Shown piece by piece: positions 17,355 through 23,911 of a stretch of 32,000 bases of DNA. The notes below the pieces were generated by a model. It was not told the origin of the DNA and ran no database searches. It saw only the letters and a list, made by a program, of their open reading frames with translations. The position numbers were made by a program, and so were the translations under genes. Every line of letters begins with the position of its first letter. The first letter of the stretch is position 1. This stretch comes from Candidatus Enterocola sp. (GTDB lineage: Bacteria; Bacteroidota; Bacteroidia; Bacteroidales; Paludibacteraceae), in contig JAZLIE010000152.1 of assembly GCA_045617165.1 (NCBI GenBank), positions 1 to 32,000 of the forward strand, given 5' to 3'.

Positions 17355-18365
17355 ATGATTAGAGAAGTAAAATTTGAAAGTCAGGACCGCCGTGAGAAAC
17401 AGATTCTTGCAGCGCTCAAAGAGAATGGAATCAATAGTATTCAAGAAGCAAATGAGATTTGTGAGAAAGCAGGACTTGACCCTTACAAGACTTGTGAGGA
17501 GACACAGATGATTTGCTTTGAAAACGCTAAGTGGGCATACGTAGTAGGTTCAGCCATAGCACTCAAGAAAGGTTGCAAAAACGCCGCTGACGCTGCAGAA
17601 GCAATAGGTATAGGACTTCAGGCATTCTGTATTCCTGGTTCAGTTGCTGATGACCGTAAGGTAGGTCTTGGTCACGGTAACCTTGCAGCCCGTCTTCTAC
17701 GTGAAGAGACACAGTGCTTCGCATTCCTTGCAGGTCACGAGTCATTTGCAGCAGCAGAAGGTGCCATTAAGATTGCAGAGATGGCTAATAAGGTTCGTAA
17801 GAACCCACTCCGTTGCATTCTTAACGGACTTGGCAAAGACGCCGCTATGATTATAAGCCGTATAAACGGTTTCACATACGTACAAACAGAGTTTGACTAC
17901 TTTACAGGCAAACTTAATGTAATTAAGGAGAAAGCCTACAGTGACGGACCACGCGCCAAAGTTAAATGCTACGGTGCTGACGATGTTCGTGAAGGTGTTG
18001 CCATTCTTTGGAAAGAGAACGTTGATGTATCCATAACAGGTAACTCAACCAACCCGACACGTTTCCAACACCCGGTTGCAGGTACATACAAGAAGGAGCG
18101 CATACTTGCAGGTAAGCCTTACTTCTCAGTTGCCTCAGGTGGTGGTACAGGACGTACTCTTCACCCGGATAATATGGCTGCAGGTCCTGCATCTTACGGT
18201 ATGACCGATACTCTTGGCCGTATGCACTCAGACGCTCAGTTTGCAGGTTCTTCATCAGTTCCCGCTCACGTAGAGATGATGGGATTCCTTGGCATAGGCA
18301 ACAACCCAATGGTAGGTTGCACAGTTGCATGTGCAGTTAATGTAGCACTTGCACTAAGCAAGTAA
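17355..18365 (+). CDS. GGGtGRT family protein (function unknown)
   Basis: The eponymous motif is present (SVASGGGTGRTLHPD). I placed the start at ATG 17355 (MIREVKFESQ), which follows AGGAGGAcaaagcc. The ORF-track start at 17307 overlaps the upstream gene. Confidence 0.85.
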   Translation: MIREVKFESQDRREKQILAALKENGINSIQEANEICEKAGLDPYKTCEETQMICFENAKWAYVVGSAIALKKGCKNAADAAEAIGIGLQAFCIPGSVADDRKVGLGHGNLAARLLREETQCFAFLAGHESFAAAEGAIKIAEMANKVRKNPLRCILNGLGKDAAMIISRINGFTYVQTEFDYFTGKLNVIKEKAYSDGPRAKVKCYGADDVREGVAILWKENVDVSITGNSTNPTRFQHPVAGTYKKERILAGKPYFSVASGGGTGRTLHPDNMAAGPASYGMTDTLGRMHSDAQFAGSSSVPAHVEMMGFLGIGNNPMVGCTVACAVNVALALSK

Positions 18366-18388
18366 TCACTAAAATTATTGACAAGATT

Positions 18389-18658
18389 ATGGCAAAATTC
18401 ACTAACATACCACATTCCGCAAATGTTAATAAGTCGGCGGATATGGACTATCGTTATGTGCATTTTGCCGTAATGGCAATAGAGTCTGGTGCTCAGAAAA
18501 TGAACATCTCGGGCAAACAGATGCATGACCGTTTACAAAAGCAGGATTTAATACATCGTCGCCTCTTTGGCCGCTACGAAGAGTTGCATAGTCAGTCGCT
18601 GCAATATGTAACGGATGACATAGTGGAAACACTTCAAAATTGGGAAGCTGCACAATGA
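18389..18658 (+). CDS. DUF3791 domain-containing protein
   Basis: 89 aa with the motifs YVHFAVMAIESGAQKMNISGKQMHDRL and GRYEELHSQS. Its stop overlaps the next ATG (ATGA). Confidence 0.7.
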   Translation: MAKFTNIPHSANVNKSADMDYRYVHFAVMAIESGAQKMNISGKQMHDRLQKQDLIHRRLFGRYEELHSQSLQYVTDDIVETLQNWEAAQ

Positions 18659-19155
18659 GAATATTTCATGGTTCAGATAGTATAGTAGATGCTCCCAAAA
18701 CTAATTTCGGTCGCAAAAACCTAGACTTCGGTTGTGGTTTCTATGTCACTAAATTGGAGAAGCAGGCTTCCAAGTGGGCTTTTGCTGTCGCCGAACGTAA
18801 AGGACCGTACTCTCCCGCCATTCTCAATGAGTATGAATTTGATTACGAAGCCGCAGTAAGTCGGTTTCGTATATTGTGCTTTGAGACATATAATCTGGAC
18901 TGGTTGGAATATGTGGTGGCATGCCGTAGGGGAAAACCTATATGGAAAGACTACGATATAATTGAAGGTGGTGTTGCTAATGATAATGTAATTGATACCG
19001 TGGAGGATTATGAGAATGGTCGTATAACGGCAGAACAAGCACTTGATCAATTACGGTTTAAGAAACCGAATCATCAGATTTGTATTATCAATCAGGATGT
19101 TGTTGATTTGTATATACAATTTGTACAACATAGAGTTTTGAAGGAAAAGGTATGA
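18655..19155 (+). CDS. DUF3990 domain-containing protein (possible H-Y-E ADP-ribosyltransferase-like fold)
   Basis: It starts at MRIFHGS (ATG 18655, overlapping the upstream TGA). The motifs are IFHGS, FGCGFYVT and DIIEGGVAND. Its stop overlaps the next ATG (ATGA). Confidence 0.7.
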   Translation: MRIFHGSDSIVDAPKTNFGRKNLDFGCGFYVTKLEKQASKWAFAVAERKGPYSPAILNEYEFDYEAAVSRFRILCFETYNLDWLEYVVACRRGKPIWKDYDIIEGGVANDNVIDTVEDYENGRITAEQALDQLRFKKPNHQICIINQDVVDLYIQFVQHRVLKEKV

Positions 19156-19358
19156 GAGATGCGGTTAAATGGCGCAAGCAGAGCCGACTGATTATGATGT
19201 TGGCAGAGTGGAAAGGTATCGCTCCTGAAGTGGCATTGGATTTGTTTTATACAACTAATACCTACCGTCTCCTCTGTAATCCTGCAACTGGTCTTGAACT
19301 GATGTCTGATGCATATATATTTGCCGACTTGCAAGAAGAGTTAAATGGAATAAAATAA
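19152..19358 (+). CDS. DUF3791-like small protein
   Basis: 68 aa with the motifs IMMLAEWKGIAPEVALDLFYTTNTYRLL and LELMSDAYIFADL. It is the usual third member of the DUF3791/DUF3990 triplet. Confidence 0.6.
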   Translation: MRDAVKWRKQSRLIMMLAEWKGIAPEVALDLFYTTNTYRLLCNPATGLELMSDAYIFADLQEELNGIK

Positions 19359-19528
19359 GCCACGCCGTGGGATGCTACCAATATAGGGTATGTCGTATCG
19401 GGCGGTGGTAGCAGGTGAAAATCCTGCAAAGACATATTAAAAGCGTTTATTGACGCTCTGTTCTGGCTTTCAGAAATCTCGCAAATTTATGTAAGAATCA
19501 GGACTTAGCAGCGATGAATGTCTATGGG

Positions 19529-19708
19529 GTATGTAGCACCCTGCACTACAACATATTATCACATGTACAAGCGTGTGAAATTTGTTGGATATATAGTGCA
19601 GCCATACATATTCGGCGTGGACTTCGCGTTGTCAGTTCTATTCTTACGGGCAACGCGAGAGCCTCTGAAAGCGTGGACTGACAACAGAGTGAGTTCCACG
19701 CTTTTTTT
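19529..19708 (+). ncRNA. Candidate structured RNA (leader or sRNA) ending in an intrinsic terminator
   Basis: There is no credible ORF here. I checked these helices by hand: GTATG/CATAC plus CTGCACTA/TAGTGCAG (19529-19607); CGCGTTG/CAACGCG (19625-19657); GTTGTCAG/CTGACAAC (19628-35 with 19678-85). GCGTGGAC occurs twice (19615, 19671) and either copy can pair with TCCACGC (19695-19701), which precedes a T7 run. Confidence 0.35.
19670..19708 (+). terminator. Rho-independent terminator
   Basis: An 8-bp stem AGCGTGGA/TCCACGCT with a 17-nt loop is followed by TTTTTTT (19702-19708). Confidence 0.65.
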
Positions 19709-19761
19709 ATGTCCATAGAATAGATGATTCTATTGATTATTAACCAAATAAAACAATTGCT

Positions 19762-21432
19762 ATGAAAACAAAAATCTTTCAACGAGGTGCATTTATGTGT
19801 CTATGTCTCGTTATGTTATTACCGAGCTCATGCTCAAAGTCTTTAAAACAAATAATTGCAGATGTTGAGCCTGCAACATTTATCGTCTATACATACGATG
19901 AATATGGTTCCCCTTCTGGTTCTGGATCGGGCTTCTTTATAGAACCAAGTGGAGTTGGAGTAACCAACTGGCATGTGTTAGACAAATCTGTAAAGGCTGT
20001 GATTAAGACTCCAACTGGAAAACAATTTGAGATAGATAGTGTTCTTTGTGCTTCTGCTAAAAAGGATATACTTGTCTTTCGAATAAAGAACAATGATGGA
20101 TCCAAGTTTAGTACTATATCATTCAGTAAAACAAAACCAGAAAAAGGTACACCTGTATATAATATTAGTGCACCTATGGGTATGGAATCGAGTGTGTCGG
20201 AGGGTATTGTAGCATCTTATCGTGAAGATGGACACGGTGAAATCGTACAAACAACTGCACCGATTTCTCCTGGATCAAGCGGAAGCCCATTGCTTACGGA
20301 CAAGGGCGAAGTATTTGCAATTGCAACATTTAAGCGTAGAGGAGGTGAAAATATGAACTTTGGTGTAATTATGACAGAAAACTTCCGTCAAGAGTTAGAT
20401 GGAAAAGAATTTTACAAAAAAAATAGAAAATTCAATTCAGGAAAGTCTGATTTGGTTCTGCTGAATATTTTACCTGATAAAGGTGCTGATATTATGCTCA
20501 ATGCGATTGAGTTCGGTCCAACAGCAACTACCCTATATTTAACTTACACTAACATGCATTTAACGAATAGTGATGGTGGCTGGATGATTTGGTGTGAGTT
20601 GAATAAGAAGGATAAGGGATTCTTTATTGAGGATAAGGATACCAAACAAAGATATTATGTTTCGTCTTCTACTCTTGAATCCGACAAAGAAAGATCAAAG
20701 ACAATAGGATTAGCTGAGATTCTCCAATTTAAAGTATATTTTCCTGTAATAAAGAATAAGCCTACCAATATCGATGTAATGTGGGGAGAGGATGACCGCA
20801 GTTATCATTTTACGGACATAAATTTGGATGATTATCGCAACAATCTCAATTTTGATGAACTAGGTTATCAGCGTGCCTATGCGCTATCTTGCACTACCGA
20901 TGCTGGTGACTTTGCAATGACAATATCTATGTTATCAGATATTTTGGAGGAAAACCCATCGGATGTGATATCTCTTAACATGATGGCTATTCTATCTCAT
21001 GTGTTGTCTAACAATACTGATGCAATGTATTATCTAGAGGAGGCGATTAATCAAAACCCTAATGATGAATTGGCTTATCTTAATCGTTCGCAAATGTATG
21101 CCAATTCAGAGAATTACAAAGAAGCAATTAACGACCTAACTTCTGCAATCAATCTTGCACCTGGTCAACCTGACTATTATTTCCAACGTGCGTGGTACTA
21201 TTACTTAATCGAGGATTATCAAAATTCATTAACAGATCTTAATACTTGCTTGGATAAATCAGAGAAAGAAGATGGCTTTGAGGATAGTGGTTACTTTTAT
21301 GAATTGCGAGGCTATGTCAATTATCACTTGAATAACAAAAAAGCAGCTCGTGCCGATTGTCAAAAAGCATACAAATTGTCAAAGGATAAAAAATTAGATC
21401 AACGTCTCCAAAATTTTTGGAGTATATTATAG
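19762..21432 (+). CDS. Lipoprotein: trypsin-like (S1/S1C) serine protease domain, unknown middle domain and C-terminal TPR repeats
   Basis: 556 aa. The signal peptide has a Cys (LLPSSC, C24). The catalytic triad context is TNWHV (H71), KKDILVF (D102) and PGSSGSPLL (S173). Residues ~230-370 are unassigned. TPR-like units run from ~380 to the end (AYLNRSQMY, YYFQRAWYY). Confidence 0.85.
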   Translation: MKTKIFQRGAFMCLCLVMLLPSSCSKSLKQIIADVEPATFIVYTYDEYGSPSGSGSGFFIEPSGVGVTNWHVLDKSVKAVIKTPTGKQFEIDSVLCASAKKDILVFRIKNNDGSKFSTISFSKTKPEKGTPVYNISAPMGMESSVSEGIVASYREDGHGEIVQTTAPISPGSSGSPLLTDKGEVFAIATFKRRGGENMNFGVIMTENFRQELDGKEFYKKNRKFNSGKSDLVLLNILPDKGADIMLNAIEFGPTATTLYLTYTNMHLTNSDGGWMIWCELNKKDKGFFIEDKDTKQRYYVSSSTLESDKERSKTIGLAEILQFKVYFPVIKNKPTNIDVMWGEDDRSYHFTDINLDDYRNNLNFDELGYQRAYALSCTTDAGDFAMTISMLSDILEENPSDVISLNMMAILSHVLSNNTDAMYYLEEAINQNPNDELAYLNRSQMYANSENYKEAINDLTSAINLAPGQPDYYFQRAWYYYLIEDYQNSLTDLNTCLDKSEKEDGFEDSGYFYELRGYVNYHLNNKKAARADCQKAYKLSKDKKLDQRLQNFWSIL

Positions 21433-21438
21433 TCCATT

Positions 21439-22584
21439 ATGATGAAACGATTTCCTATTTTAATCTTATTGATTATATGTCCCTATCTCCATGCCCAAGT
21501 GACGATTCGGTCTTCATTAGCATGGAGCCAATCCTTTAGTACTGGTTCGTGGACAAATAATGAAGGGCTAACATACTCATCTACTGCTTGGGGTGATACA
21601 TATTACAATCCAAAGTGGCAAGATATGAGTAAGCAGACTTCTATTCAATCAAGCAGTATTTGGAGATATTACAATGTCGGTCCTTCAAATAAGCGAAATT
21701 GGACATTCACCCTCCCGATTAATAACCTAAATGCAGAAAAAAATCATTATTATTATACTAATGCAAACCCTAGTTTAAAGCAACAGTCTCACCAAATCTA
21801 TTGGGGTATTTCTATCGGAATGATGATTGATGGTGTGGAGAAGAATGTTTATTTCTGGATGTCTCGTAGTGCAAGAGATTACTATTATGATGGAACACCA
21901 ACATATACTAGTGAAAACTATCTCTCATGCTCTGTAGAAAAGGGTGGTTGGACAACAACGAGCCATGTTTATCCGTCTTGTTCTCAAAGTGCAACAACAT
22001 CACTCTATATAGAATCTTCGACATATGGTCAGACAACTATTAAATGGGATGGATTTCAAATAACAAGTGTACCGTATTATGTGAGTAAAATCACGTATGT
22101 GAAGGTTATGGTTGGAACTCAGGCAAAAATTCAATTAGGCAAGGCTTCAGCATATAGTGGAGCTCCTATAGGCAGTACCTATGATGGTTCTGATCTTATG
22201 GAAAAAGAGCAATATAGCGCAGCAATTTCGAAACTCTATCAATCTTCTGGAGTTTATTTGGAAAAACCAGCTTTGAATTTAGCCTTTTGCTATTTGATAA
22301 CTGGGCAGCCTGATAAATGTATAGAGATGGCATCTGCTCTTGTTAAATATAACGGAGAAACTATTTCGTATGCGTATTATCTCCGTGGAATGGCACGAGA
22401 GAATAAATCTAACTACTTGGATGCATTAGAAGATTATCGATTAGCAGGAAGCGTTGCAACTGACGAATATAATAGATTATACAACACTATCTATAGTTCT
22501 AATAAGTCCGTGCAGACTAACAATAGTCAACAGAAAAAACAACAGTCAACACAACAAAATACAAAACCCGCATTAACAAGATGA
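21439..22584 (+). CDS. Exported hypothetical protein with TPR-like C-terminal region and Gln-rich tail ending KPALTR
   Basis: 381 aa with signal peptide MMKRFPILILLIICPYLHAQ. The N-terminal ~230 aa are rich in S/T/Y/W and look like beta-structure. It lies 6 nt after the protease gene, and its stop overlaps the next ATG (ATGA). Confidence 0.7.
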   Translation: MMKRFPILILLIICPYLHAQVTIRSSLAWSQSFSTGSWTNNEGLTYSSTAWGDTYYNPKWQDMSKQTSIQSSSIWRYYNVGPSNKRNWTFTLPINNLNAEKNHYYYTNANPSLKQQSHQIYWGISIGMMIDGVEKNVYFWMSRSARDYYYDGTPTYTSENYLSCSVEKGGWTTTSHVYPSCSQSATTSLYIESSTYGQTTIKWDGFQITSVPYYVSKITYVKVMVGTQAKIQLGKASAYSGAPIGSTYDGSDLMEKEQYSAAISKLYQSSGVYLEKPALNLAFCYLITGQPDKCIEMASALVKYNGETISYAYYLRGMARENKSNYLDALEDYRLAGSVATDEYNRLYNTIYSSNKSVQTNNSQQKKQQSTQQNTKPALTR

Positions 22585-23771
22585 AAAAGATAATATTAAT
22601 ATTCCTATCTTGTGTTTCTGTCGCTGCTTCAGCACAACATAAGACAAAATATACGTATAATATCACTTTAGGATGGAATGACACAATTCAAACGACATTA
22701 TGGATTCGTCAAAATCCATTTGAAGATTACGAAAAATCCTTGACTGCTCAATATGGTCAGTCAATTAAGTCGCAAATATCGGAGTTGCTCTCAGATGATG
22801 ATGTCAAGCGTATTGTAGATAGTGAAATAGATTATTACCAAGACCGACTTTTAAGTAATTCCTTTTACAATACAACGGCAACCAAGGAAAAACAAAAAAT
22901 AGATAATCGCTTAGCGAATCCGAATGTTTTACGTATGGAATTGGAAAAGGATATTGTTGAAATGGTAGGACAAAACATAAACCATCAGTATAAGAATGAC
23001 TATCAATGTTTTGGTTGGAATCTATGGAAATACAATTCTCTATTTCATCTTAAAGTAAAGAATCTAGCATTCAGAAATGCGTTGTACAATAAGGCCGTGG
23101 AAGTCTTATGTAAATTAGCGGCTTATTACCCTAAGGATTATCGTACCCATCTTGTTTCTGCGTTTTCCGAGTCGCTAAAGGTGTTAGATGACATTGCGTC
23201 GGGAAAACATTCGTACACAATACAGACAGATGAAAGCAAAAACTGGAAACCATTGGTGATTTTTGTAGATGGAGTTCCTGATATAGAACTTGGTTATGGT
23301 ATTACTGGTTTCCTTTTGCGTCGCGTGTATATGGATAACATACCATTGTCAGAGGTGAGAACTAAAACAATTTCTTTGATTGCAAAGTTAAAAGCCGTTG
23401 ATAACTCAAAAAATGACAATATTATGAGTAAATATGTGATAAACAATGAAATTGCTTTTTGTGTGGGAGCCAGTCGAAATTTTTTTGTGTCTTTAGCATC
23501 CAACAAGGAATTCGTTCCGTTCATTAGCGAATATGAGCAGAATTATTATGGAAATACCATTTTTACACGATACAACAATGGTCAAGTATTCTATCAAATC
23601 GAAAATGGTTATACGTGGCAAACAGAATTGAAAACTATAGTTCTTGACAAGTACTTTAATGTCATATATCATGAACCGTTGTCCCTCTCTCAACCAATTC
23701 AAATAAAGACACTACAGTCACAACAAAATCCATCTCCCCAACAAAACAGCAAATCAACATTGACACGATGA
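22581..23771 (+). CDS. Exported hypothetical protein with Gln-rich tail ending KSTLTR
   Basis: 396 aa with signal peptide MKKIILIFLSCVSVAASAQ. The composition looks mostly helical and I recognise no family. Confidence 0.7.
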   Translation: MKKIILIFLSCVSVAASAQHKTKYTYNITLGWNDTIQTTLWIRQNPFEDYEKSLTAQYGQSIKSQISELLSDDDVKRIVDSEIDYYQDRLLSNSFYNTTATKEKQKIDNRLANPNVLRMELEKDIVEMVGQNINHQYKNDYQCFGWNLWKYNSLFHLKVKNLAFRNALYNKAVEVLCKLAAYYPKDYRTHLVSAFSESLKVLDDIASGKHSYTIQTDESKNWKPLVIFVDGVPDIELGYGITGFLLRRVYMDNIPLSEVRTKTISLIAKLKAVDNSKNDNIMSKYVINNEIAFCVGASRNFFVSLASNKEFVPFISEYEQNYYGNTIFTRYNNGQVFYQIENGYTWQTELKTIVLDKYFNVIYHEPLSLSQPIQIKTLQSQQNPSPQQNSKSTLTR

Positions 23772-23884
23772 AAGACCAACATGTTCTGATAGTATTGTTT
23801 GCTCTATTCTGTCCCTTCGTGAACTTTAATTTAAATAACACTAATTTCAAAGGACTTTTATTTTATGGTGTCAGAAATAGCTAA
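23768..23884 (+). CDS. 38-aa micro-ORF (MKDQHVLIVLFALFCPFVNFNLNNTNFKGLLFYGVRNS), possibly a vestigial signal-peptide gene start
   Basis: I translated this by hand; it is below the ORF-track cutoff. The ATG overlaps the upstream stop (ATGA), as at the 22581 junction. The N-terminus is hydrophobic. Confidence 0.25.
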   Translation: MKDQHVLIVLFALFCPFVNFNLNNTNFKGLLFYGVRNS

Positions 23885-23911
23885 TAATTTTTTAAACAAA
23901 CTATTGTATCT

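Noticed and set aside
19373-19424. GGTGAAAATCC (19414-19424), preceded by AGGGTA and a closing stem, resembles the core of a cobalamin riboswitch.
   Set aside because: There is no B12 box (GCCACTG...GGGAAGGC) in the required downstream position. The GCCACG/GGGATG-like strings lie upstream, in the wrong order. No B12-related gene follows.
19518-19782. ORFs 19518-19718(+) and 19546-19782(-) in the spacer upstream of the protease gene.
   Set aside because: They overlap each other and the hand-verified RNA helices and terminator. Their translations have no motifs. The region is better explained as structured RNA.
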